From: Octopus bimaculoides
Taxonomy: Eukaryota
Length of the DNA: 63,800 bases
Direction of reading: 5' to 3'
Assembly (NCBI RefSeq): GCF_001194135.2
Contig: NC_068987.1
Coordinates: 103,634,553-103,698,352, forward strand
The number at the start of each line of letters is the position of its first letter. The first letter of the stretch is position 1. The position numbers and the translations under genes are program-made. The notes under the pieces are model-generated. The model saw only the letters and a program-made list of their open reading frames with translations, had not been told where the DNA came from and did not search any database. This document shows, in pieces, positions 12,880 to 25,730 of this stretch.

Positions 12880-13624
12880 NNNNNNNNNNNNNNNNNNNNN
12901 NNNNNNNNNNNNNNNNNNNNNNNNNNNNNNNNNNNNNNNNNNNNNNNNNNNNNNNNNNNNNNNNNNNNNNNNNNNNNNNNNNNNNNNNNNNNNNNNNNNN
13001 NNNNNNNNNNNNNNNNNNNNNNNNNNNNNNNNNNNNNNNNNNNNNNNNNNNNNNNNNNNNNNNNNNNNNNNNNNNNNNNNNNNNNNNNNNNNNNNNNNNN
13101 NNNNNNNNNNNNNNNNNNNNNNNNNNNNNNNNNNNNNNNNNTATAATATATATATATATATATATATAATATAATATAATATAATATATATGTATGTATG
13201 CATGTATGTATGTATGCACACTCTCACATTCTGATATGCACAGACAAACGAACACCTCCATCAATACCCACAGACTCATACGTATACACACGCACACACA
13301 AACACGTACACATACACACACATACATACATACATACACACATACATATACACATACATACAGAAGCACACACTCTCTCACACACACACAAGCACACACA
13401 CACACACACACTTCGATGTTTGTACACCACTAAGTAAACTAAAAAGAAATGCACACAGAGGCGCACACAATATATGTGTGTGCATGTATGTATGCGTATG
13501 CATGTTTGTGCGTGAATGTACATCTTTTGCAATTTGTTTGTTCCAACAAGCCATACAGCAAATATGAAGTATATCCCTAAAATATATGAAAATAGCTACT
13601 ATAATTGCTACTACTAGCACTAAG

Positions 13625-13626
13625 TA

Positions 13627-13699
<73 letters not shown>
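13625..13699. repeat. (TTA)n tract abutting the 3' end of a minus-strand Dong-like LINE
   Basis: About 25 TTA units directly adjoining the LINE 3' UTR. Confidence 0.95.
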
Positions 13700-13701
<2 letters not shown>

Positions 13702-14890
13702 TAGTCTTATTTTTATTACGTGCTTTCACTTCACTACCGAGCGCAGCTCTGTGTGCCTTGGGTATGTGCTGCGGTTTGTTGTGATGCTCTTATGGTTACT
13801 GTATTGAAAGTGTTTTGCGTAGGATGTGTGTGGTGCCTAGTAGTGCTATTTTCTGTGTTATATATACTTGTCCTGGTGTTTTTGCTATGTATTTGTCTGA
13901 ATGTTTTTTTTTTATCATACCTAATACGCCTACTATGATAGGAATTGTTTCTGTTTTTAGGTTCCATATTCGAATTACCCCTATTTACAGATCTTTGTAT
14001 TTTGAAAGTTTCTCCGTTTCTTTTAGAGAAACATTGTCATCTGTTGGTATTGGTACATCGATTAGGAAGTATTTTTATCTTGGTGATCTCTGACAACTAT
14101 ATCTGGACTATTGGCCTTAATTTCTCTATCTATGTGTATTCACATATTCCAGTGAATGGTTGCTTTCATATTTTCTGTGACCTTTTCGGGCGTGTGGTTA
14201 TACCATTTTTTCTATTGTTATTCCATAGTGTTGGCATAACTCCCAGTGTATATAGGTCCCACCTCTGTCGTGTCTGTGAATATATTACTACTTAGCCAGG
14301 ACTGGGCAGCCAGACACAATATGATTTATTGTTTCTTCTCCATCACATATTCTGCAATTACTTGTATTTCTTTCCTTTACGTGTTTTTTGGTGACCTCTG
14401 GTGGGAAAGCTTTGATCTTGTGCTGCAATTAGAAATCCTTCAGTCTCTGCTTTGAGTCCTGAGCTGCTCAGCCATTGTTGGAATTTTGCTTTGTCTATGT
14501 CTTTCCTGTTTATCTTAACCCAATATTTGCCATGAAGGTGCTTTTCTTGCCATCGTTTTATTAAGATTCATTGCTGTTCTTGCTGTTCCACTATTAGTTT
14601 GGATTTCAGTTGTTTTATAGATTTTGTTGTTTCTTTTTCTTCATAGTTGTAAGGTACTATGACTTCTTTTTTGTATCTGTCAGTTTCCGTAAAGACTGAA
14701 ACTTGTTTTTTTTTTGTTTTTGTTTCGTGTTTTGTGGCTATCTGTATTAGTTTACCTTGCTTCTGAAGTAGGTATTTCTGTAGTACTATGGTGGCTATTT
14801 TGTAAAAGTTTTCTAGCTGTATAAGGCCTCTACCACCTTCGATATGTTGTATGTATAGCCTTTCTATATCAGATTTTGGGTGGTGCATCC
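13700..14890 (-). mobile_element. R4/Dong-like RLE LINE, 5'-truncated 3' portion (subfamily 1)
   Basis: Minus-strand frames: MHHPKSDIERLY...GGRGLIQLE (thumb); CRICDGEETINHIVSGCPVLA (CCHC); NSPDIVV...LIDVPIPTDDNVSLKETEKLSKYKDL (PD-(D/E)xK RLE); WNLKTETIPIIVGVLG...QKIALLGTTHILRKTL*. Contains stops and frameshifts. Confidence 0.92.
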
Positions 14891-14894
14891 TAAA

Positions 14895-16330
14895 TCATGT
14901 CATTATTTTCCTTTTTTTCCTCTCAATTTTGAGAGCATAGGTCACTGAGTCACACTGGATTGTAAAGTTCCATAAGAACTTATACTCATCATTCTAGGTG
15001 ACGCCTTCTGGTTTATGTTCGTACCATCTATGTGTTCTTTCAAGATCGTACTTTTCACACAATCACCATTGAAAAAACTTAGCTACGTTATCATGCCTCC
15101 TTTGGAATTCCTTTTGAGCCAGCTTGCTGCATTCACCCACAATGTCTGAGACTGTTTCGTTTTTGCTACTACACATCCTACAACGGAGGTTTTACACTCT
15201 CCCTATCTATTTCTCAGAACTTGTTCCTGGCGTTGCATATCAATGCCTCAGTGCAGCAACCTTTCAGATCACTTCTCCTTAGACACCGTCTGGTGTTGGT
15301 CTCGTCTTTTCTTTCCCTTTTTCTGAGGTATTGACCATGCATTGCTTTCATTTTCCAGTTGCCCAGTCAGCTCTCCATCTAGTTTTTTTTTTTAATGTTT
15401 TTTTGGTGTGTATCTTTACTAGATGTCATGTTGCTATTTCGAACAGCAACAAGCAATGGTTCAATCTGCTGTTTGACGTATCATCCTGGACTGTTTTCCT
15501 CGTTGACAGCGCTTATCTTACATCCTATGAAACCTCTTGCTCTCTTGTATCTAGGCACATACAGTCTATCAATATTGCTTTGAAGTGCATTTCCTTGTTC
15601 ATTGTCATCACTTTGCTGGTTTTTCTATCCATTTCTTCTGGCTCGTTCTTTTTCCACCTAACAACACGTCCCGTATCGCACTAAGGAGACAGCCCATGTA
15701 TTCATTGCCCCGATCTTGTTCTTTCCATTGAGTCTACTCTCTATAATTAATTTGGTTCTCCAGAATTATTCTGTCTAAAGCTTTTCTTCATCTCATTCTC
15801 CTTGATTTTGTCATACTCCAAAATACCCAAATACTCATATCCACTCATATCAACATCCTTGATTCTTTCGCTGCTGGGCAGTTTTACACCATCAAATGAC
15901 ACTACTATGCTCTTTTTTATGATAAGCATGCCACATATTTTAATCCCAAATTCCATCCCGATATCCTGATTGAATATTTGTACTAGACCATTTATTTCAC
16001 GTTCACTCTCCCCAAAGATTTTGAAGCCAGCCATATATAACAGGTGTCTTACACCTGTACCTACTCAAGCCTTTCTAAAATCCAGGAATGGTGAAACATG
16101 TCTTATGCTTTCTTATAATCGATCCACACCATACTCAGATTAGTATGTCTTTTCTTAGAGTCGTTCAGCACCATTATGTCAATCAGAAGTTGATCCTTTG
16201 TCCCTCGGCTTTTCCCCCTGCATCCCTTCTGTTCCACTGGCAGCTTGTCATTCATTTCCAGGAAATCATGCACACAATAAGATATTATTCCTGACACTAA
16301 CTTCTACATTAAGGGTAGACAGGAGATTAA
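14895..16330 (-). mobile_element. R4/Dong-like RLE LINE fragment (subfamily 2), RT to CCHC, internally deleted
   Basis: [22 protein letters not shown]...[12 protein letters not shown]; HLLYMAGFK (decayed YMDD); DIGMEFGIKIC...YEYLGILE; INTWAVSLVRYG; NIDRLYVPR; CRMCSSKNETVSDIVGECSKLAQ. The RT region between DYKKA and YMDD is missing. Confidence 0.92.
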
Positions 16331-16351
16331 CCGATAATTATCCATAATTAT

Positions 16352-16510
16352 CCATCGACCTCAGTGTTCCGCTGGTACTTATCTTATCGACCCCCGAATG
16401 GATGAAAAGCAAAATCAACCTCGGCAGAATTTGAACTCAGAGCGTAAAGCCGTAAGAAATGCAGCCAAATATTTTTCCATCGGGGTAACGATTCTGCTTG
16501 CATGCCACCT
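16352..16510 (-). mobile_element. SINE family A copy
   Basis: CTGGTACTTATCTTATCGACCCCCGAATGGATGAAAAGC...GGCAGAATTTGAACTCAGAGCG...TAACGATTCTGC...GCCACCTT. Confidence 0.85.
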
Positions 16511-16530
16511 TGTCTACCTATTTAATAATA

Positions 16531-16645
16531 ATGGTTTCAAATTTTGGCACAAGGCAAGTAATTTCAGGGGAGGGGTCAAGTCGATTAGATCGGTCCCAGT
16601 GCTCGACAGCACTTCTTTTATCGACCCCATCGACCTCGAATGGAT
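16531..16645 (-). mobile_element. SINE family A, 3' half
   Basis: GGTTTCAAATTTTGGCACAAGG...AAGTCGATTAGATCGGTCCCAGTG...TTTTATCGACCCC. Confidence 0.75.
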
Positions 16646-16716
16646 GTCTGGTTGAGATCCGGCCAGAAGATGAAATAAAATGCAATTCAATCCAAATTAT
16701 AATAATAATAATAATT

Positions 16717-16918
16717 TTGGTACAAGGTCAGTAATTCCAGGGAAGAAGTAAATCGATTACAACGATCCCAGTGTTCAAATGGTACTTATTTTATCGACCT
16801 CGAAATGATGAAAGGCAAAGTCGACTCCGAAGGCATTTGAACTTAGAAAGTAAAAATGGACGAAATGCCGCTAAGCATTTTGCCCAGCATGCTAACGATT
16901 CTGTCAGCTCACCGCTTT
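16717..16918 (-). mobile_element. SINE family A, near full length
   Basis: Colinear with the reverse complement of 17677-17892. Confidence 0.9.
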
Positions 16919-17396
16919 GTCTCCCGATCTATCAACAATAACATAACGTATACATTAACGATTCCTCTATAAAATACAATAATTATATTGAAACAATAAA
17001 TACATGAATATGTATTTAAGTTGATTGATGCAATTGCTTAATGCTGAGAGTTGGCTAGCGATAGAAAAATTCTTTCTAAACCTACAAACTATACAGAATC
17101 AAATGTACTATAAATTACAATTTACTGGAAGATATATTATCCGCCATCAAAATAGTATCAAGTGAACTATTTAAAAATTAATTTTTATAACCAATATTTC
17201 ATTGCTATTTTTCACTTTGTTTTGTCTTTTAGCGTTTAATAAATCATGGGATGTATTTTTGTATCTTCTGAATTTAACATTCATAATTAATACAAATATG
17301 TTATCTTCAGGCGGAGAAGCTTATATAGAGAAGAGCGTTTAGACTTTAAGCCATATTTTCAATTATTATTAGTATTATTATTAGAATTAGTATTTA

Positions 17397-17494
17397 AGCG
17401 AGAAGCTGGCAAAATCGTTAGCATGCCGGACAAAATGTTTAGAGGCATTTCGTCCGTCTTTACGTTCTGAATTCAAATTCCACCGAGATCGAAT
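17397..17494 (+). mobile_element. SINE family A, 5' half
   Basis: AGCTGGCAAAATCGTTAGCATGCCGGACAAAATG...GAATTCAAATTCCACCGAGATCG. Confidence 0.85.
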
Positions 17495-17676
17495 ATTATT
17501 ATTTTCTCTTTATCTTTTGCAGAAAAACGTTCGCCACTTTAATGCTTTGATGAAATTAGCTGTTTTCAGCATTAGACACTTTGGGTTGTTTTCCTTGAGA
17601 ATTAACGTGCTATTTGTTGTTTAGCTGTAGTAAATAAAGTGGTCCAAACGAGAGTTCCTAATAGATGAGATAATGC

Positions 17677-17892
17677 AGGCGGTGAGCTGGCAGAACCGTT
17701 AGCACGCCAGGCGAAATGCTTAGCGGTACTTCGTCTGTCTTTACGTTCTGCGTTCAAATTCCGTCGAGGTCGACTTTGCCTTTTATCCTTTCGAGGTCAA
17801 TAAATTAAGTACCCGTTAGTACTAGGTTTGATCTAATCGACTGCCTCCCGCCCCAAAATTTTCTGGCCTTGTGCCAAGAGTAGAAAAGAATA
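17677..17892 (+). mobile_element. SINE family A, full length
   Basis: GGCGGTGAGCTGGCAGAACCGTTAGC head, GCGTTCAAATTCC B-box-like motif, CCTTTTATCCTTTCGAGGTCAATAAATTAAGTACC central block, and TTGTGCCAAGAGTAGAAAAGAATA tail. Confidence 0.92.
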
Positions 17893-18181
17893 TATGAGAG
17901 AGTGATTGTTCTTTACAATAAAAAGTTTCATAAACTTCAATTAAGAACTCGATATCACCTTATAACGTAGAAGAATTTTAGAAATTTATTAGAAATGAAA
18001 TAGGTTGATGTGCTGGAGATTCTATGTTCAAATGTTTCAAAGAAATATTTTTAAAGCCTTAAAAGTATATATCTACACACATGCACGCACACACGGGCGC
18101 ACACGCGCACGCACACGCGCACGCACACGCACATATTTATATAGACATACAATGAAACATAGGTACATATTTCTATCTGTT

Positions 18182-18226
<45 letters not shown>

Positions 18227-18310
18227 GTGTGTAAATATACATTACTGCATATACATATGCATTCATACGAGCATATATATACATGCATGTATATTGTATG
18301 TGTGTGTGTA

Positions 18311-18348
<38 letters not shown>

Positions 18349-18448
18349 AGCGTAAACAAACAAATAAAAGAAGGCAGGATTAATTATTCTAACTCTATTC
18401 ATGTTGTTTCAAAACCCTATTGGAGTAGCTTGGATACGTAATACGTAT

Positions 18449-18670
18449 TGGTTTCAAATTTTGGCACAATGCCCAGCAAGTTTGGGTGGGGATGGTAAGT
18501 CGATTACACCTACCCGAGTGTTTAACTGGTACTTATTTTTGTCGATTTCGAAAGGATGAAAAGCAAGTCGACCACGGCAGAATTTGAACTCAGATTCTAA
18601 AGACGGACGAAACGAAATACCGCTAAGCATTTCGTCCTGAATGCTAACGACGCTGCAATCTCGCTGCCTT
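18449..18670 (-). mobile_element. SINE family A, full length
   Basis: Reverse-complement match to 17677-17892. Confidence 0.9.
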
Positions 18671-20660
18671 ACGATATAAAACTATATTAACTATTTATTT
18701 AATATTCATTTACCATAGTGACTAATTCTTGAATTAATGCACACCACCACCAACACGCACTTCCAACCACACTCTAACTTTAATCGCCACGTAATGTTGG
18801 CTTCCAATCACACCTACTTATATATCGTCAGTACACGAATATAACTAGATTATGTCTATAATTCTTATACGCTTTCAGTCTTCCATTCACATCCCAGATC
18901 TAATCTTCTAAAGAGTTTTTCTACATATTCATTAATAATGGACTTCCCTTTTAATTTCATATCACATTTAGAGATTTTTGCATTCCCTTTGTTATGCATT
19001 TGTACATTAAAAAGTACCCACTTACGCTTAAAATGTATTTTTAAACCCCAATAATATAGAGTTGCTTCTGACATTAAATCATTGTTTGATAAGAGACCAT
19101 ATCACTTCAATTTTTTGATCTTACTAGCAATCATATTACTTCTGTACATTTTCATTTTAAACATCTATTATGATCTTTACAATTCTATAACCGCCTGTCT
19201 ATGCACACATTATGCATTCATGAATAATATAGTCCTTTCCATCCAAATTTTTACTGTCATCTAACTTTATAGCATTGTAGAATTCTTTATTATTATTTCT
19301 TTCTATGGTTAAGCATTTTTATTTTCCCTTATATGATTTGTCTTATCTATAGAGTTTTTGCATCACCCGCCAGGATTTTTATAATTGTTCTTACTTGTTT
19401 CTATTATTTCTCTTATTAGAGTTGTTTCTTCAAGTTATCTAATGCGATTGTGTTTTTATCATATCTTAAAATCCATTATAAGATGTTATCCTTCCAGCTT
19501 ATTATCACCTGTCTTAAAATAATATTTACAGCTGTTAAATATATCATATTTCTCCCTGATAGCCATAACTCGCATCTCAATAGTCTATTAACAAAATTTA
19601 GCAAAATTATATCATAAATTACAATTATTAAGGCAATATGATTTTATTCCCAAACTTATAACTTAATATTATTTACATTTATAATCATTCTTATTAAATA
19701 GTTTTAATTTAATTTACCTATTGAGTTTCATCCGTTAAAATTTTGCATGGAGTCGTTGTCTCAGTTTTAAGAAGTTTATATATACTTCGATTCGTTTAAC
19801 TCAATATTTAATTATTCCTTATTTAATTATTTAATTATTTAATTATTCCTTAGTTATAATTATAGTCTGAATGCCCCTCAATTCTTACTATTAACTTGTC
19901 GGAATTCTCTCTTGTAACTTTGCTAATCATGAATCATAGTCCTCTATGCAATTTTTCCAAAGAGGTAGATCTTCAAATACTTTTTCCCATTTGTAAGCAT
20001 ATTAATTACTTTCCTTGCTCACAACTTAAATGTGGACACGTCTTAATAACTATTTTCTAAAATTCTTCCTTTAAGGTTTCTAGCATGATCATCTCTAACA
20101 TTTATGTAAATAAAGCTACATCAGCGATTTTTTGTGATAACATCCATACAATTTATAACTTCTCCTTTCCATGCAAATTTATATATCGGAAAGAGAGGAA
20201 AGGCTGGAAAATTATAAAAATGACTAGAGAGATACGTAAGGATAAAGTAAAACAAAGTAGAGATAAAGCAGATTAGAAAAATATTTTCTTAACCTACTTT
20301 AATGTCTTTATATATATTTTGAACATTTTTTTCTGAAATTTTCTTCCAATCTTATTACTTGATTACTTTTGTGAATCTTCCAATCGGAAATCATCAATTT
20401 AGATCGACTATCATTTTATCCCTTCTAGTCTCTAATACATGCCTTTTTTCCACTGCAATCACAACAACTTCCAAGTTATTATCATCATCATCGTCGCTAC
20501 TATCATAACCCTACCTCCCTAACATAAGAAGCACACCATCCGAATGGCCACTACTAAGCATACGACCTCCACACGCGCTATCGAGGGATCTTCTGCAGGG
20601 CCATTCTATAAGTACGAATCCAAAACACTATATGTCTTTTCATTATTTATTTATAATTCT

Positions 20661-21035
20661 ATCTTTTACTTGTTACAGTATTGGATTATGACCATGTTGA
20701 AGGGTTTCAGTCGAACGAATCGACCCCAGTACTAACTAGTTAGCTGTTCTGTCGACGTCTTTGACCGAACCACCGAATTACAAAGACGGAGACAAACTAA
20801 TACCAGTTGTGAAGCGGTGTGGTGGGGAAACAAGTACAGAGAATTAGACACAGATACATTCATACACGTATACAAACATATGTATGTATATATATTTACG
20901 GGCTTCTTTCAGCTTCCGCCTACCACTCAGAGGGCTCTAGTCGCTTCAACGCTAAGGTAGAAAACACTATACCACGCTGTGGGAATAAACTCATAACCAT
21001 GTGGTTAGGAAGCAAATTTTTTACCACACAGCCAT
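20661..21035 (-). mobile_element. SINE family B (CORE-type, internal microsatellite linker), diverged
   Basis: Colinear with 35581-35981: ACGGGCTTCTTTCAG...CTACCA...AACCATGTGGTT...TTACCACACAGCC. Confidence 0.85.
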
Positions 21036-21773
21036 AGATGCAGTTTATGTATAAATTATAAAAATGGATCCTCTGTCAAATACTGAACTCTGAATTAACG
21101 TAGTCAGTAGCTGAGAACTCTAGAGACACGTGTACTAGTAACGTAATTCAGAAGGACAGCAAGCGCGACGCGATGTGCGACATGGGTGGACCTTTTAATT
21201 ACAGGCACAATTCATTCAATAGTTTTCGGGCAGTTTCCTTCTACAGAGTTTCATTCGCAAGGACTAAATCGACCCCAGACATGTACCCAAACAATCGTGC
21301 AGCGGCATCAAATTTGGTACCTTGGAATCTTGAGATTCAGAAGCAAACTTCTTAGTTAACAAACCATTTGGTGTCTACATAACTACTTATACATACAGAC
21401 ACATATACAACGCACATTCCAACATATCTGCATCCATGACGTGATTTATAAATCTCTCAATTTAAGGTGTCGTAAAGCATGAAACTATTAGTGGCTCTTT
21501 TGTAATTGTGTATTAAATTGATATTTATCTCTCACTAAATGGAGTAATTCCTTTGTTGATTCTACCTCTATTTGATCTGTAAACCATATGTGTATCTGTG
21601 TGTGTATGCATACATATATACACACATCCAAAGAATATAAACATACATACTTTTATGTGTATATATATATATATGTACACACATACATAATATATGTTTG
21701 TGCATAACATATATGTGTGTATAAATAATACATATGTATACACACATAATATATGTGTGTGTATACATATATG

Positions 21774-21841
<68 letters not shown>

Positions 21842-22134
21842 CACATGTATACATTTATATGTCACGTACATGTATGTATATATTAATGTATGTATAACTG
21901 TGCGTATGAACATATGTGTGAATATATGTTTGTATGTGTATTTACACCTATATTTGTATATAAATATATGCACGTATGAATGTACGCATAAGTGTACGTG
22001 CGTACGCATTTATGTGTGCAAATATGTATGTATTGCATGTGCGTCTGTGTGCGTTTGTATGTACCTGATAAACCAATCAATAAATAGTAATCAAGTAGAA
22101 AATTGCCAATAAAGATCAAATTGACAAAACACAC

Positions 22135-22233
22135 AGATCATCATCTTCATCTTCATCACCATCAGCAGCAGCATCTTTTTCATCATCATGATCATCATCA
22201 TCATCATCATCATCATCATTATCATCACCACCC

Positions 22234-22310
<77 letters not shown>

Positions 22311-22426
22311 GTTCGTTCTCATTATCTTTAGCATTTCTGAAGAAATACCATCATCCAACTTTTTCAGAGGAAGTATTACCTTCACAGTTAACTCTACCCT
22401 TGTAACTACCATCATCCTCAACATCG

Positions 22427-22484
<58 letters not shown>

Positions 22485-22490
22485 TATCCT
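22135..22490. repeat. Two (CAT)n tracts
   Basis: Direct tandem repeats; source of the poly-H, poly-M and poly-D ORFs. Confidence 0.95.
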
Positions 22491-22805
22491 CAGCTGCGGC
22501 AGTTCTAGCACCAACCGGAGCATTACAATCTTCAAGTGTAGTATAAAGAGCAACAGATAAGAACATTATGCATGGTGTAGAGTGTATCTGGTGCGCTGCT
22601 GGTTATTCACTTCGGTGCTATTGGTGACATCCAGAGTATTGCTGTAGTTATTGTAAATGTGGAGATGATAATCTTTGCTGCATTGGTAGAGATCGTGGCG
22701 AAGGCATCATGAGCAGATTTAAATATGCATACATATAGAATATATATGCGGCTGGGTGTATCTATATAATATACATACAAAAACACACACACATATATTA
22801 TATAC

Positions 22806-22836
<31 letters not shown>

Positions 22837-22842
22837 TGTATG

Positions 22843-22874
<32 letters not shown>

Positions 22875-23312
22875 CATTACGAAGAAACTCTCGTGCAATA
22901 TGTGTGTATGTCAATCTGTCTGTTTGTCTGTGTATACTCAAACACTCACATGCACCAAACAATTACAAAGATTACGAGGACTGGTACATCTAATTTTTCT
23001 TTTAATTTAACAGTTAGTCATACACCACAAATACGTGTTTCTACTGCACAGAGTATGTGCAGTTGCATATGTAACGCCGCGTATTCTGCTTTACACTCCC
23101 GAAAACATTAATAATCCAGGAGAGTGACCTCGGATTTACCCATCAGAGGAATTACAGCTGGATTGCTCATACTAAGCAATCATTAATTCTTGTTTTTTTT
23201 TTATTACTACTTGGTGCAGTTAGCTGAAACCTGGAATATAGATGAGAGCTATTACGGTACCCACCTGGATAATTTATCCCTGTATACTCATGTTATATAT
23301 ATATATATATAT

Positions 23313-23478
23313 GCCCAGGCGTGGCTGTGTGGTGAGAGGCTTGCTTCCTGACCACATGGATCTGGATTCCGTTCCATGTGTGGAACCTTGGGAAATTGTT
23401 TTCTATTGTAGTCTCGAGTCGACTAAAGCCTAGTGAGTGAATTTGATAGATGGAAACTGAAAGAAGCCTGTCGTACAT
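23313..23478 (+). mobile_element. SINE family B, 5' half, interrupted at its TA linker
   Basis: GGCGTGGCTGTGTGGT...ACCACATGG...CCTTGGGAAATTG...GAAACTGAAAGAAGCCTGTCGTA matches 48607-48750. Confidence 0.88.
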
Positions 23479-23487
23479 ATATATCTA

Positions 23488-24439
23488 TCTATATTATACT
23501 AAAACTCAAAGTTTGTTTTCCTGCCACTTGATTAAGAGGATAAAGATTATAAATAGAATATTCATTTCCCCCTTTAGGAAAAAAAATCAAGCTGAAAAGG
23601 TCGACACTCCAAAGAGTCATCGAGGCTACCGCTGTCCGTCCATTTTTCTTACTTTCTTTTCTCTTCCCTTAATCCTTTGTACATGTGCTGTGGACTTGAA
23701 AGATAGAAATTCTCTCTATATTTTTTTTATGAAATATTTTTTGTATCACGAGTACTTGATTTTTATTTTTTGTTTTGTTTTTTGTTAAAAGGGAAAATTA
23801 CAATATTATTTAAAATATATTAATCGTTATCATCTTAATCAAAAGGCAGAAAAACAGAAAGACTATCTCTTTATTGACAAAGATCAGTTGCAATGAGAGG
23901 TGTTGAATCTCATAAGAATCGAAAACCAACAACAAATGGGTTGTACCTCATAATGAAAATCTTTTAAGGGCATTCCAATGCCACTGCACCGTTGAAATCG
24001 TTGCCTCAGGTCAATTAAGTGCGTCATCAAGTACACGCTGAAAGGAAATGACCAAGCTGCTGCTCCAATAAACAAAGATAACGAAATTAGCCAATATTTA
24101 ATGGGTAGATATATTGGACCATCCGAAGCAGTTGCATATATTTTAGGATTTTCAATTCATAAAAGAGCACCTGCTATAGTGAGAAAGCAAGTTCATCTAC
24201 CAGATGAACAAAGAATGGCACGAAGGAAAGCGAGGAAAGAAATTGAAGACCATTTGAACGTTTTAAAAGAAGAAACATCTGGTCGTGTTTATGTTGTCCC
24301 ACCAAAGACAGGAGAAGTGTATTATTTAAGAATTTCATTGCACGACGGTGGAAATAGTATTTTTTTCCTTTACCGCTGCGCCCCAGTATTTTCAACTTGG
24401 AGTGATTTTGACCCAACGGGTCATGGCGGGTACACCTAT
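23488..24439 (+). mobile_element. Internally deleted, non-autonomous Helitron with RepHel remnants
   Basis: 23915-24345 translates NNKWVVPHNENLLRAFQCHCTVEIVAS / SIKCVIKYTLKGNDQA...MGRYIGPSEAVAYILGFSIHKRAPAIVRKQVHLPDEQR / GRVYVVPPKTGEVYYLRISL, which are Helitron RepHel motifs. Putative 5' end A|TCTATATTATACTAAAA; 3' GACCC-AAC-GGGTC hairpin then CTAT (CTRR expected). The termini are less certain than the coding remnant. Confidence 0.8.
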
Positions 24440-24458
24440 ATATATTATACATTTGTTG

Positions 24459-24490
<32 letters not shown>

Positions 24491-25365
24491 NNNNNNNNNN
24501 NNNNNNNNNNNNNNNNNNNNNNNNNNNNNNNNNNNNNNNNNNNNNNNNNNNNNNNNNNNNNNNNNNNNNNNNNNNNNNNNNNNNNNNNNNNNNNNNNNNN
24601 NNNNNNNNNNNNNNNNNNNNNNNNNNNNNNNNNNNNNNNNNNNNNNNNNNNNNNNNNNNNNNNNNNNNNNNNNNNNNNNNNNNNNNNNNNNNNNNNNNNN
24701 NNNNNNNNNNNNNNNNNNNNNNNNNNNNNNNNNNNNNNNNNNNNNNNNNNNNNNNNNNNNNNNNNNNNNNNNNNNNNNNNNNNNNNNNNNNNNNNNNNNN
24801 NNNNNNNNNNNNNNNNNNNNNNNNNNNNNNNNNNNNNNNNNNNNNNNNNNNNNNNNNNNNNNNNNNNNNNNNNNNNNNNNNNNNNNNNNNNNNNNNNNNN
24901 NNNNNNNNNNNNNNNNNNNNNNNNNNNNNNNNNNNNNNNNNNNNNNNNNNNNNNNNNNNNNNNNNNNNNNNNNNNNNNNNNNNNNNNNNNNNNNNNNNNN
25001 NNNNNNNNNNNNNNNNNNNNNNNNNNNNNNNNNNNNNNNNNNNNNNNNNNNNNNNNNNNNNNNNNNNNNNNNNNNNNNNNNNNNNNNNNNNNNNNNNNNN
25101 NNNNNNNNNNNNNNNNNNNNNNNNNNNNNNNNNNNNNNNNNNNNNNNNNNNNNNNNNNNNNNNNNNNNNNNNNNNNNNNNNNNNNNNNNNNNNNNNNNNN
25201 NNNNNNNNNNNNNNNNNNNNNNNNNNNNNNNNNNNNNNNNNNNNNNNNNNNNNNNNNNNNNNNNNNNNNNNNNNNNNNNNNNNNNNNNNNNNNNNNNNNN
25301 NNNNNNNNNNNNTATGTGTATGTGTATGTATATATATATATATAGATAGATAGATAGATTAAATA

Positions 25366-25696
25366 ATGAGCGTAGAAATTGACATAAATCAATTAAAACC
25401 AGTGGCTTAGCATATTTTAAAAATCCGAAGATTAAAAATTATATTACATGCAAAATTAAGGGGAATGACCACCAAAGTGAACTCCTAATATGCTAAATAC
25501 AGACGTCAAATCGCCTTCTCACGAAGAGTGTGTTCTCAATAAAAAAAATTCCAGCAAAACGCCAGAATGTCAAAATGAGTAAGACAAATGAAAATATACG
25601 AAATAAAAAACGACTACCTACGTGGTTAGGCGATTTGACGTCTATATCTATCATATTAGGAGTCCACTTTGGTGGTCATTCCTCTTAATTTTGTTT

Positions 25697-25705
<9 letters not shown>
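25366..25705. mobile_element. Fold-back short repeat (family F), head-to-head inverted arms
   Basis: CAAAATTAAGGGGAATGACCACCAAAGTG...GACGTCAAATCGCCT (about 25451-25524) is inverted at about 25628-25690. The left part 25366-25445 matches 63591-63672 and the reverse complement of about 34780-34870. Confidence 0.8.

Positions 25706-25730
<25 letters not shown>

Noticed and set aside
16352-18670. Repeated blocks with spacers as a CRISPR-like array
   Set aside because: They are dispersed SINE copies of about 200 bp in mixed orientation in a eukaryotic context, with no cas genes.
18750-20620. Possible very old retroelement (AT-rich, scattered Cys; PYLPNI-like peptide near 20510)
   Set aside because: The motifs are too degenerate to support a call.
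21090-21152. Tiny TIR-like pair (TCTGAATTAACGT / ACGTAATTCAGA)
   Set aside because: It is too short and single-copy in the window.
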